Below are positions 8,871 through 19,722 of a DNA stretch of 32,000 bases, one piece after another. The stretch comes from Sulfolobus acidocaldarius DSM 639 (lineage in GTDB: Archaea > Thermoproteota > Thermoprotei_A > Sulfolobales > Sulfolobaceae), in NCBI RefSeq assembly GCF_000012285.1, contig NC_007181.1, positions 600,001 through 632,000 of the forward strand, in the 5' to 3' direction. The notes under the pieces are model-generated. The model saw nothing but the letters and a program-made list of their open reading frames with translations, had not been told where the DNA came from and made no database searches. The number at the start of each line of letters is the position of its first letter. The stretch's first letter is position 1. The position numbers and the translations under genes were made by a program.

Positions 8871-10491
8871 ATTTAAACAATACGGATTCAAAATTAGGAT
8901 CAATTTTTACGTTGATGACCTTAAGATTTCCTGTATTTTCATTTATGGCTTTTTTGAGTTCTTCAATATTTGATACATTCACTGCATTAAACATCCTGGT
9001 TAATACTTCATCAAATCGCTCTATCTGTCCGGTTTTAACTATAGATGGTATATCCGACGTGACGACATCTAATATACTGGATTTTCCGTCATTAAGTACA
9101 AGAAGTTTACCCTTAGCTTTATTCATTCTGGCAACTAATATGCTAGCATTATCTAGAACACCTTTTATATCAGTTACAGCTATAACATTTTCATCATTAG
9201 ATCTTGATATACCGCCGACTCCTATACTTCTATTAATTAAAGATTCACTTGTAAACCAAGTGTTTGGTTTTTCAACTGGTATTCTAACTAGATCTAGTGT
9301 AGTGGACGAGATATCTACAAATATCTTACTAAAGTTATAGTTTTCTAGTGCCATCACAACATCATAGGGCCATATTTCTGAATGAGTGGGTAATGAGATA
9401 GCTTTTTTAAATTTCTTTATCTTCTCAGCTGTACCTCTTTTTATTGGTTCTTTAATCTTAGTCTTTATTGTATTTAATAATTCTCTCAGGAAAAGTCCTA
9501 CATCAGCTACTACAGGAACGTGAGGCATGTATACTTTTGATATATCTTCTCCATCTACGTTAACGTTTACTAAGTATCCTTTAATTTTCATTGACCATCC
9601 AGCTGTTGATAATTGGTTAAATTTCGTTCCTAATGCTATTATCAGGTCGCTCTCTTCTATTATATGCCTACCCTCTTCTGTCGCAAAAAGTCCTAAACCC
9701 TCACCTGCAAATAATGGATGAGAACTAGGAATAGAGCCTTTGGCTCTGAAGGTTAATATAACAGGGATGTCAAGTAATTCCGCGAGTTCTAATAGTTCTT
9801 TATGAGCGCCTGAAGCTAAAACACCGTATCCTGCTAATATAACAGGATTTTTAGAATTATTTAATAACTCTGCAACTTTTGCGACTGTATTCTTATCAGG
9901 GGCTTTCTTTTCAGGTTTTTGTTCTGCAGGTGTTAATGGATAAGCTTTTAGTTTAAATAGGTCTTCTGGCACTTCCACGTAAGCGGGTCTATTTCTGTTA
10001 CTTAATGCTTCTTTATATCCTTTCTCTATAGTAAAAATAAGCTCCTCTATGTTAAGAACTCTCTCAGCCATTTTTGTGATAGGTTTAAAAATTTCCATTA
10101 AATCATCAGGTGTTCTTAATTCGCCAACCCTACTCTTTCCTGTATCCCTGTATGATCTTAGGGACGAAATGATTAGTAGTGGTTGCGAATCAACATATGC
10201 TTGTGATATTATATCAGTTGCTTCTAATAATTTTACACCGGGAATTTGTATAACAGTTCCAACTGTGTTGTTTTCCCTAGAGTAGGAGTCTGCTAAAATA
10301 ACTGCTTCTCTCGTAGAGTTGCATAAATTTGGTTTAATTTCATATTTAATAAGTTGATCTAACAATAAGCTTGGTGTATCATATGTCAGGAATACTTCCT
10401 TTATTCCTATATCCTTCAAAGTATAGGCTATGGCCTCTTCTCCCTTCATTTCTTTACCTACAGTCTCTTCTTTCCTTTTAGGCTGACTCAT
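8869..10491 (-). CDS. Thiamine-diphosphate-dependent enzyme family protein (acetolactate-synthase-like, divergent)
   Basis: 540-aa ORF with three-domain ALS-like organisation. The N-terminal PYR domain retains a Glu (STREAV). The central domain has PVILAGYG. The C-terminal region aligns to the GDG-x(24-27)-NN motif as TDIKG...LVLNDG; the Asp and first Asn are kept at the correct 26-residue spacing, but the glycines are lost. Confidence 0.7.
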   Translation of the reverse strand: MSQPKRKEETVGKEMKGEEAIAYTLKDIGIKEVFLTYDTPSLLLDQLIKYEIKPNLCNSTREAVILADSYSRENNTVGTVIQIPGVKLLEATDIISQAYVDSQPLLIISSLRSYRDTGKSRVGELRTPDDLMEIFKPITKMAERVLNIEELIFTIEKGYKEALSNRNRPAYVEVPEDLFKLKAYPLTPAEQKPEKKAPDKNTVAKVAELLNNSKNPVILAGYGVLASGAHKELLELAELLDIPVILTFRAKGSIPSSHPLFAGEGLGLFATEEGRHIIEESDLIIALGTKFNQLSTAGWSMKIKGYLVNVNVDGEDISKVYMPHVPVVADVGLFLRELLNTIKTKIKEPIKRGTAEKIKKFKKAISLPTHSEIWPYDVVMALENYNFSKIFVDISSTTLDLVRIPVEKPNTWFTSESLINRSIGVGGISRSNDENVIAVTDIKGVLDNASILVARMNKAKGKLLVLNDGKSSILDVVTSDIPSIVKTGQIERFDEVLTRMFNAVNVSNIEELKKAINENTGNLKVINVKIDPNFESVLFK

Positions 10492-10530
10492 GAGATGACA
10501 AATATCATATATCCTTATATTTTTTTAAGA

Positions 10531-10622
10531 AGCCGGGGGCGGGATTTGAACCCGCGAAAATAACGGGTCTCGGCGTGTTATACTCTGCGGCCCGCCGCCT
10601 TAGACCGCTCGGCCACCCCGGC
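10531..10622 (-). tRNA. Intron-containing tRNA, most likely tRNA-Cys (GCA)
   Basis: Minus strand: acceptor GCCGGGG/CCCCGGC, D arm GCCG-AGCGGTCTA-AGGC, anticodon stem GCGGG/CCCGT, T arm GCGGG-TTCAAAT-CCCGC, discriminator T. The loop reads CCGCAG|A (GCA at 10586-10588) with a 16-nt intron (10569-10584) at 37/38. The acceptor sequence, U73 and GCA-G37-A38 match my recollection of archaeal tRNA-Cys. C at position 33 and a 7-nt variable region are atypical, so the isotype call is tentative. Confidence 0.6.
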
Positions 10623-10692
10623 ATCTAACTATTCATTAATAATTCCTTGAAAGTATTTTAAGGTTTTCACTTCCATATCATACTGATGCGAT

Positions 10693-11253
10693 TTGATACA
10701 TTTTAGCAAGGTAGGGGAAATTCTCAGTGAAATAAGGGAATTAACAGATTTTGTAATCATTGGGGATACAGTTGTGGATATATCATTAGGTAAAAAGGGG
10801 ATAGAGAGTGATGTAGATCTATTTGTACTTTCAATAAGTACAGTGATTGACGAAGATAAAATTAGAGATTTTGCATTTGAAAGGGGTTGGGATTTTGGAA
10901 AGACACCTATAGATACTCCTAGGCTAATAGTGGGACTTGATGCTGAGTCACTTCAGGTAGATATGTATGAAAACATTCAAGACTTTTTTGTACCAGAACA
11001 GATAATCAATAGTGCTAAAGAGATTAAAATAGGAAAAGAATACTTTAAAATAATTACCCTTGAAGATTACCTGCTTCTAAAGGCTAATGCTTTCAGGGAG
11101 GAAGACGAAGATGAATTAAGGGGAATAGTAAGTATGATAGGTGAAGGTAAATTAAGTATAAATAAGGAATATATACGAAAACATATTGACTTATTTGAAG
11201 AAAATTCAAAAAGTATTGCAGAGAGATTAAGATCAGTCGGAATAGTGTTTTAG
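10693..11253 (+). CDS. Hypothetical protein (possible minimal nucleotidyltransferase-fold protein)
   Basis: 186-aa ORF with a TTG start. The N-terminal pattern IIGDTVVD...ESDVDLFVL resembles the G-x / DxD strand-helix-strand of the pol-beta nucleotidyltransferase fold. No stronger motif was recognised. Confidence 0.45.
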   Translation: MIHFSKVGEILSEIRELTDFVIIGDTVVDISLGKKGIESDVDLFVLSISTVIDEDKIRDFAFERGWDFGKTPIDTPRLIVGLDAESLQVDMYENIQDFFVPEQIINSAKEIKIGKEYFKIITLEDYLLLKANAFREEDEDELRGIVSMIGEGKLSINKEYIRKHIDLFEENSKSIAERLRSVGIVF

Positions 11254-11420
11254 CTCTTCTTTGCAGGCAGTTCTTTCTTTTTAGCTCTCAAATTTGAGCT
11301 GTGGCATCTTCTGCATTTTGTTGCTCTAATTGAGTTTAATGCTCCACAATCTCTACAAATTTTTTTCAAAAATACTCTTTGTTGCACAATTTGTAGTTTT
11401 ACTGGATCAGTGAGTGGCAT
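11250..11420 (-). CDS. rpl40e: 50S ribosomal protein L40e
   Basis: [50 protein letters not shown] carries the eL40 Zn-ribbon (C-x2-C...C-x2-C). I take the ATG at 11420. The 13 extra N-terminal codons of the track ORF (to 11459) are probably not translated. Confidence 0.85.
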   Translation of the reverse strand: MPLTDPVKLQIVQQRVFLKKICRDCGALNSIRATKCRRCHSSNLRAKKKELPAKKS

Positions 11421-11489
11421 TTTTAACCCCTTATGACATATAACAGTTTCAGTGTTCAAAAAATTATTGTAACAACGGAGTGAAAAAAG

Positions 11490-11996
11490 ATGAAGATACC
11501 ACTAGATTATATCTGTGTTAAAAGCGGTTTATTATGTAACCGTTGTCAGTCCCTAGTAGAAAAAGGAGAAGTAGAAAATTTTGAAGTAGATCTTTTGAAA
11601 CAATTAATAGAATTAGAGGAAACTCAGTTTAGAGAGCTTAAAGACTCTACTTATCATAAATCGTATAAAGTAGGCAATTTGTTGATACTTATAGTTACCA
11701 GCGGTTCACAGATGTCTTATCAAAAATGGATAAAGGTTGCTAAAGCATTACAAGAAAAGATAGGTCTTAGAGTAAGAATATTAGAGAAGTCAAACAGCAT
11801 AAAATCTACTGCAGTACAACTTCTCACCCCAGCAAGAGTATTAGGAGTAAATACAGTCTGGTTACCTGATGGTACTGTACAATATGTGGTTAGAATATCA
11901 AAACAAGAGAAAAGATTTTTACCCGCCGATGAAACTTCTCTTGAAGAAGCATTATCTAAAATTCATTCTACACAAGTTAGAATAAGGGTGGAATGA
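11490..11996 (+). CDS. Conserved hypothetical protein, possible KH/NusA-like RNA-binding protein with an N-terminal Cys cluster
   Basis: 168-aa ORF. The N-terminal C-x6-C-x2-C and the C-terminal segment [34 protein letters not shown] resemble the second KH domain of archaeal NusA-like proteins. Assignment is by eye only. Confidence 0.4.
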   Translation: MKIPLDYICVKSGLLCNRCQSLVEKGEVENFEVDLLKQLIELEETQFRELKDSTYHKSYKVGNLLILIVTSGSQMSYQKWIKVAKALQEKIGLRVRILEKSNSIKSTAVQLLTPARVLGVNTVWLPDGTVQYVVRISKQEKRFLPADETSLEEALSKIHSTQVRIRVE

Positions 11997-11999
11997 GAA

Positions 12000-13289
12000 T
12001 TGATGAAAGACTACTATATTAAAAATGTGACCCAAGATCTTGATGGAAAAGAAGTTACTTTAGCGGGTTGGGTGCATAATATAAGGGATTTAGGAGGCAA
12101 GAAATTTTTATTACTTAGAGATAAGACTGGCATAGGACAAATTGTAGTTGATAAATCAAGTCCCTCATTTCAAGAAATATCAGATATAAGTCAAGAAAGC
12201 GTAATAATGGTAAAAGGAGTTGTTAAAGCAGATAATAGAGCACCTAATGGTGTTGAAGTTCATGCTAAAGAGGTAAAAATCTTAAGCAAAGCTAAATCTC
12301 CTTTACCGTTAGATGTAAGTGGAAAAGTTAAAGCAGATATAGATACAAGGCTTAAGGAGAGAGTATTAGATCTCAGAAGGCAGGAAATGCAATCTATATT
12401 AAAAATACAAAATATTACTCTGAAATCGTTTAGAGAAACTTTATATAAAGAGGGTTTCGTGGAAGTATTTACACCGAAAATAATAGCCTCAGCCACGGAG
12501 GGTGGTGCTCAGCTCTTTTCTGTTATTTATTTTGGAGAGACTGCATTTTTAGCTCAAAGCCCACAGTTATACAAAGAGTTATTAGCTGGCGTAGTTGAAA
12601 AGGTGTTTGAGATTGCTCCTGCGTGGAGAGCTGAAGATTCAGATACACCATATCATTTAGCAGAGTTCATAAGTATGGATGTAGAAATGGCATTTGGAAA
12701 TTATGAAGACGCAATGAAACTTCTAGAGAAACTAATTTATAACATAGTTAATTCTGTAAAAAATGAGGCTTCAGACGAATTGAAGATATTATCTCATAAT
12801 TTGCCTGATGTAAAAATTCCTATAAAACGTCTCACATATAAGGATGCAATAGAAATACTACAAAGTAAGGGTTACAATATAAAATTTGGAGACGATATAG
12901 GAACACCTGAGTCCAGAGTGTTATATAACGAGTTAAAGGAAGACTTATACTTTATTACAGATTGGCCTACTCTGTCTAGACCGTTCTATACGAAGTCTAA
13001 AGATACCGATCCGAATGTAAGTGAAAGTTTTGATTTAATATACAGGTGGTTAGAGATAGCTTCAGGTAGCACCAGAAACCATAAGAGGGAAGTGCTAGAA
13101 GATTCCTTACGAAAGAGAGGATTAAAGCCTGAGAATTTTGAATTCTTCTTAAGATGGTTCGACTATGGTATGCCTCCCCACACAGGATTTGGAATGGGTT
13201 TTGCTAGACTTTTAGTGATGTTAACTGGAATTCATAACGTTAAAGAAATAGTACCATTCCCAAGAGATAAAAAGAGACTCGTACCTTAA
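12000..13289 (+). CDS. aspS: Aspartyl-tRNA synthetase (archaeal class IIb)
   Basis: 429-aa ORF with an N-terminal OB anticodon-binding domain ([23 protein letters not shown]), motif 2 ([15 protein letters not shown]) and motif 3 ([13 protein letters not shown]). Start is TTG 12000 or the adjacent ATG 12003. Confidence 0.92.
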   Translation: MMKDYYIKNVTQDLDGKEVTLAGWVHNIRDLGGKKFLLLRDKTGIGQIVVDKSSPSFQEISDISQESVIMVKGVVKADNRAPNGVEVHAKEVKILSKAKSPLPLDVSGKVKADIDTRLKERVLDLRRQEMQSILKIQNITLKSFRETLYKEGFVEVFTPKIIASATEGGAQLFSVIYFGETAFLAQSPQLYKELLAGVVEKVFEIAPAWRAEDSDTPYHLAEFISMDVEMAFGNYEDAMKLLEKLIYNIVNSVKNEASDELKILSHNLPDVKIPIKRLTYKDAIEILQSKGYNIKFGDDIGTPESRVLYNELKEDLYFITDWPTLSRPFYTKSKDTDPNVSESFDLIYRWLEIASGSTRNHKREVLEDSLRKRGLKPENFEFFLRWFDYGMPPHTGFGMGFARLLVMLTGIHNVKEIVPFPRDKKRLVP

Positions 13290-14407
13290 GTGTAAGATTT
13301 TGGATCGTATCTTGATATTTCCCTCAATACTATTGTAGCATACATGCCTCTGTCTAATGAAAAGGAAATCTTGTTTTGTTTTATTTTAATATTTCTTAGT
13401 TTCATAAAAGGACTTCTACTAAAATCTCTAAGTCTTACTCTTAATTCCTTTATGTTAAAACTTCTATTTTCTATGTTCTCCTCACGTATAATTTCCTTTA
13501 AATTGTCATCACTAACATTAGATAAATCTGAAGGAATTCTTATCATTAAATCCTCAGACTCTTTTCCTCTTAATCTATCTGCAATTTTTGACAAATATTT
13601 ATTATATAAAAAAGATTGATAAGCTTCTATAAAAAATGTGTGCGGAGTTACAATTTTTTTAATTGCTGTAAGGCAATCATCTCCATTCATTAGAGACTTC
13701 AATATGTTTATTTCGTCCTTAAATTTGCGGGGAAATAGTTGCGACGACGTTTCAAAGTCTTTTTGTTCATATGCTCTTCTAGCATAAATCAAATTTTCAT
13801 TTTCAGTAGAGAATGGATGTCCTACTATCCAGTCTACAGCTTGGCACCAATCTTTGAGTAATAAATATTTTCCGACGATATGTGTTACAGGTCTTCTCGT
13901 CCCAAATCTCTGATAGCCTATGTATGCAAAGAGAAATTTTGTGGTTAATATTTTATGCAATCTTTTCTGTAACTCATTTTCGTTAGTAGTATTTAATTCA
14001 ATTTCAAATCTATTACCTGTGTGGTTTAATTGACGAGAAAAATGTCCTACAAATTCAATTTCAAATTTTTCGCTTTTGTAAGAGGTAATTGGCGGAATTC
14101 CATTTACATAAATTATTTGTTGAGTTATAGCATTCGCATCTTTTATACCTAGATAATGGATTTTTCTCTTCATAAGTTTTTTTAGTATACTAATTACAGA
14201 AAAATGATCTATTCCTTTTTTTGTTAAAAGATAAGCTGAATAAGTCCCATTACTCTCTCCTTTCCATTCATCTACTGGAGTTTCTGATATTTCTTCTATA
14301 ACCTTAAATCCTTCCGGTCTATTTATAGATATTTGTAATGGTTCCCACTCCTCTTGAATGTAGTATTTCTCTAGACCTAAGAAGGAATCCAGATCAGAGT
14401 AATTCAT
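13286..14407 (-). CDS. truD: tRNA pseudouridine synthase TruD/Pus7 family
   Basis: 373-aa ORF with the catalytic-Asp motif [11 protein letters not shown] (family G-x-K-D-x-x-A-x-T-x-Q) and the downstream YQRFG motif. Confidence 0.85.
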   Translation of the reverse strand: MNYSDLDSFLGLEKYYIQEEWEPLQISINRPEGFKVIEEISETPVDEWKGESNGTYSAYLLTKKGIDHFSVISILKKLMKRKIHYLGIKDANAITQQIIYVNGIPPITSYKSEKFEIEFVGHFSRQLNHTGNRFEIELNTTNENELQKRLHKILTTKFLFAYIGYQRFGTRRPVTHIVGKYLLLKDWCQAVDWIVGHPFSTENENLIYARRAYEQKDFETSSQLFPRKFKDEINILKSLMNGDDCLTAIKKIVTPHTFFIEAYQSFLYNKYLSKIADRLRGKESEDLMIRIPSDLSNVSDDNLKEIIREENIENRSFNIKELRVRLRDFSRSPFMKLRNIKIKQNKISFSLDRGMYATIVLREISRYDPKSYT

Positions 14408-14766
14408 AGTAATTTCAGATCACCAGTTATATTATCGATCATTTCTTCTGGTCCTGGTCCTATACCTGCGCACGTAATAGTTCCAGGCTCAATTTGAGTT
14501 TTTCCTGCATCTTGTATTATTGTAGCTGGAAGTCCACTTTGTAAGGCTTTATTATATTTTTCTAGTAATTCGTCTAAATTTTTCACTTTCAAGACTATTT
14601 TGGGTTGTCCTTGGTTTATCCACATTTCTAACCATTCTTTCCATTCAGCTTTTGATCTTTTTTGAACAATTTCTAATACTAATGAAACTGCAGCATGTGC
14701 AACTTGTGCTGCAATTTTCCCTTTTCCCATATCTAGGTCTGTTCTAACGAGCACAGCCATTTTCAT
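14404..14766 (-). CDS. pth2: Peptidyl-tRNA hydrolase, archaeal type (Pth2)
   Basis: 120-aa ORF with VRTDLDMGKGKIAAQVAHAAV and IQDAGKTQI..GT.T, typical of Pth2. 4-nt overlap with truD. Confidence 0.88.
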   Translation of the reverse strand: MKMAVLVRTDLDMGKGKIAAQVAHAAVSLVLEIVQKRSKAEWKEWLEMWINQGQPKIVLKVKNLDELLEKYNKALQSGLPATIIQDAGKTQIEPGTITCAGIGPGPEEMIDNITGDLKLL

Positions 14767-14805
14767 AGTATCGTAAAGAGTGAATTTTTAAGCTAATTTA
14801 AAAAT

Positions 14806-15018
14806 ATGTATGCGATGGGTGTAAGTTTTAGGTTAAGCTTAAAAGAAGAGATAGAACCGATTGTATGCTCAAGCTGTGGAAAGATTTTGCATCCCAGAGA
14901 GAAGGGTGATGAGTTCTACTGTCCTAATTGTGGGCAAGTTCTAATAAGGCGTTGCTATTACTGTAGAAAACAAGTAGTGGTATATGTTTGCCCGAAATGT
15001 GGGTTTGAAGGTCCATAA
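14806..15018 (+). CDS. Zn-ribbon protein (double CxxC pairs; archaeal family commonly found upstream of aEF-1beta)
   Basis: 70-aa ORF with CSSCG...CPNCG and CYYC...CPKCG. The start may be the internal ATG at 14815. Confidence 0.65.
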   Translation: MYAMGVSFRLSLKEEIEPIVCSSCGKILHPREKGDEFYCPNCGQVLIRRCYYCRKQVVVYVCPKCGFEGP

Positions 15019-15028
15019 GGTGATTAAA

Positions 15029-15304
15029 GTGGCAGATGTACTTGTAATACTTAAAGTATTTCCGGAAAGTGACGAAATTAATTTGACACAATTAAGTGAA
15101 GAAATAAAGAAAAGATTGCCAGAAGGATATAGGTTGGTAAAGAATGAGACAGAGCCTATAGCCTATGGATTAAAAGCATTGATAGCGTATATACAAATGC
15201 CTGAAAACACAGAAGGTGGAACAGATAAATTAGAGGAATTAGTAAATGGTATTGAAGGAGTAAGTCATGCCGAAGTAGTTAATGTGACTAGATTAGGTTT
15301 TTAA
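15029..15304 (+). CDS. ef1b: Translation elongation factor aEF-1 beta
   Basis: (M)ADVLVILKVFPESDEINL...EPIAYGLKALIAYIQMPE...GTDKLEE...IEGVSHAEVVNVTRLGF matches the aEF-1beta fold family. GTG 15029 is preceded by the SD-like GGTGA (15019-15023) with a 5-nt spacer. The track ORF start at 14984 lies inside the upstream Zn-ribbon gene. Confidence 0.85.
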   Translation: MADVLVILKVFPESDEINLTQLSEEIKKRLPEGYRLVKNETEPIAYGLKALIAYIQMPENTEGGTDKLEELVNGIEGVSHAEVVNVTRLGF

Positions 15305-15389
15305 TAAGAAATAATATTTTCTCAAAAATAGTTATAAACAAAATCGTTAGATACATTTAGGCTCAAGTTCTTATACCTCAATAAAGTAA

Positions 15390-17717
<2,328 letters not shown>

Positions 17718-17721
17718 GATT

Positions 17722-17946
17722 ATGTCTTGGAGGGAAATTCCTTTACATTATGTAATCCTAGAAAGAGTGAAGAAACGTTCGCCTGTGACTGATCAAGAAC
17801 TATATCAGGAAGTTAAAAAAAGCGTAGGATATGAAGTTTCTTTTTCTGATTTTTTAAAGGCTTTAATGAAGCTTGAAATGAGAGGATATTTACATGTTGT
17901 ATTAGTTAAGGAGAATGTTAGAATGGTTAGCATTTCTCAAGGGTGA
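17722..17946 (+). CDS. Small hypothetical protein, possibly winged-helix-like
   Basis: 74-aa ORF starting 4 nt after the cdc48 stop. The pattern TDQELYQEVKK...FSDFLKALMKLEMRGYLHV suggests a wHTH. Its last codons contain the GGTGA motif that precedes fen. Confidence 0.5.
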   Translation: MSWREIPLHYVILERVKKRSPVTDQELYQEVKKSVGYEVSFSDFLKALMKLEMRGYLHVVLVKENVRMVSISQG

Positions 17947-17952
17947 TTTATA

Positions 17953-19008
17953 ATAGGTGTAGATTTAGGCGAAATAGTTGAAGATGTTAAGAGAGAGATT
18001 AACTTAAATGAGATGAAAGGAAAGAAAATTAGTATAGATGCTTACAACACAATTTATCAGTTTTTAGCTGCAATAAGACAGCCTGATGGGACACCTTTAA
18101 TTGACAGTAAAGGCAGAATAACAAGCCATTTAAATGGGCTATTTTATAGGACTATTAGTATAATAGAAAGTGGAATAATCCCCATTTTTGTATTTGATGG
18201 AAAGCCACCTGAAAAGAAGAGTGAAGAAATCGAAAGAAGGAAAAGAGCTAAGGAGGAGGCAGAAAAGAAATTAGAGAAAGCTAAGTTAGAGGGGGAGTAC
18301 AGAGAAATTAGAAAATATGCTCAGGCTGCTGTTAGATTAAGCAATGAAATGGTAGAGGAAAGTAAAAAACTATTAGATGCTATGGGTATACCTGTAGTTC
18401 AAGCTCCAGGAGAAGGAGAGGCTGAGGCAGCTTATATAAATTCAATTGATCTTTCTTGGGCTGCTGCAAGCCAAGATTATGATTCCTTATTATTTGGCGC
18501 TAAAAGATTAGTCAGAAACATAACAATTTCAGGTAAAAGAAAGCTTCCAAATAAGGATGTTTATGTAGAAATAAAGCCTGAGTTGATAGAACTAGAGAGT
18601 TTATTGAAAAAACTCGGCATCAATAGAGAACAGTTAATAGACATTGCGATTCTTATAGGTACAGATTACAATCCAGACGGCGTTAAAGGAATTGGTGTAA
18701 AGACGGCATTAAGAATTATAAAGAAATATAATAATATCGAGAACGCAATAGAAAAAGGTGAAATTCAATTATCTAAAATAAACTTTGATATACGAGAGAT
18801 AAGAAAATTATTCATTACACCTGAAGTTAAAAAGCCTACTGAACGACTAGAATTAGCAGAATGTAATGAAAGGGAAATAATAGAACTTTTGGTTAAAAAT
18901 CATGATTTTAATGAAGATCGTGTAAATAACGGAATAGAGAGATTAAAGAAGGCTATAAAAGAAGCTAAGTCTGTTGAAAAACAGACAGGTCTTGATCAGT
19001 GGTTTTAA
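17953..19008 (+). CDS. fen: Flap endonuclease FEN-1 (probable non-canonical ATA start)
   Basis: Strong FEN-1/XPG similarity throughout (KKISIDAYNTIYQFLAAIRQPDGTPL, VFDGKPPEKK, QAPGEGEAEAAY, SQDYDSLLFGA, GTDYNPDG, C-terminal PCNA-binding QTGLDQWF). The conserved N-terminus IGVDLGEIVEDVKREINLNE is encoded in frame upstream of the track start (18013). See findings. Confidence 0.85.
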   Translation: MGVDLGEIVEDVKREINLNEMKGKKISIDAYNTIYQFLAAIRQPDGTPLIDSKGRITSHLNGLFYRTISIIESGIIPIFVFDGKPPEKKSEEIERRKRAKEEAEKKLEKAKLEGEYREIRKYAQAAVRLSNEMVEESKKLLDAMGIPVVQAPGEGEAEAAYINSIDLSWAAASQDYDSLLFGAKRLVRNITISGKRKLPNKDVYVEIKPELIELESLLKKLGINREQLIDIAILIGTDYNPDGVKGIGVKTALRIIKKYNNIENAIEKGEIQLSKINFDIREIRKLFITPEVKKPTERLELAECNEREIIELLVKNHDFNEDRVNNGIERLKKAIKEAKSVEKQTGLDQWF

Positions 19009-19059
19009 TTATTTTGAATAAATTTACCCGTTGAGTTTAAATTTATTGTTTTACTTTAA

Positions 19060-19722
19060 ATGATTGTGTCAAATTTATCATCATATTTACCATTATTCAT
19101 AAACGTTGAAGGATTAAAGGTTCTAGTGGTAGGCGGTGGAAAGGTTGGTACTAAAAGGGCATTGAAATTTGCTGAGTCAAAGGCTATTGTATATGTTGTA
19201 AGTTTAGAATTTAAGGATGAAAATGAGTTAAGACTATTTGATAACATTCATCTCATAAAGAATGACGCGCGTTATCTCCCAGAGAACTTTCTATCAAGGT
19301 TCAACATTATAGTAGTTGCAACTAATGATAAAGAATTAAATGAAAGAATTTGTGAGACTTGTAAAAAATTAGGAAAGTTATGTAATAATCCGACAAATCC
19401 TGACTCATCTAACTTTATAGTACCCATATATGGAATAGAGAAAGGTGTGGGTATAGCAATTACTACCTTTGGTAAATCTAGTCTTACTTCGAAATACTTA
19501 TTAGATTTAATAAGGAGTAATATATTAAAGGAAAACATATTTAGTTTAGTAGATACAATGGGTAAAGTCAAAGAAATTCTTAAGTTGAATGTAACTGAAC
19601 CCTCTATACGTTTTATGTTTTATTCAAAAATTTTTTATGACGATAAGTTCAGGTATTATGTGGATCGAGGAGAAATAGACCTAGCAATACAAAGGGCGAG
19701 GGAGATTATTTATGGTAGATAA
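19060..19722 (+). CDS. Precorrin-2 dehydrogenase / sirohydrochlorin ferrochelatase (siroheme synthase N-terminal-domain homologue)
   Basis: 220-aa ORF with NAD-binding LKVLVVGGGKVGTKRALKF and the CysG(N)/SirC-like layout. Heads the tetrapyrrole operon. Confidence 0.75.
   Translation: MIVSNLSSYLPLFINVEGLKVLVVGGGKVGTKRALKFAESKAIVYVVSLEFKDENELRLFDNIHLIKNDARYLPENFLSRFNIIVVATNDKELNERICETCKKLGKLCNNPTNPDSSNFIVPIYGIEKGVGIAITTFGKSSLTSKYLLDLIRSNILKENIFSLVDTMGKVKEILKLNVTEPSIRFMFYSKIFYDDKFRYYVDRGEIDLAIQRAREIIYGR

Noticed and set aside
8912-9340. 142-aa ORF antisense to the TPP-family gene. Similar antisense ORFs occur at 1716-1979, 2870-3091, 3146-3514, 3868-4098, 12260-12496, 13344-13619, 19272-19571, 24439-24732, 26762-27037, 30182-30469 and 31157-31534
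   Set aside because: All lie fully within strongly supported genes on the opposite strand. They are Ser/Leu/Ile/Phe-rich, as expected for reverse-complement reading of purine-rich codons, and have no motifs. These are shadow ORFs.
11421-11459. 13-codon N-terminal extension of L40e ([13 protein letters not shown])
   Set aside because: The eL40 family begins at the MPL... methionine. The extension is not part of the conserved protein and would leave no room for a promoter before the divergent gene at 11490.
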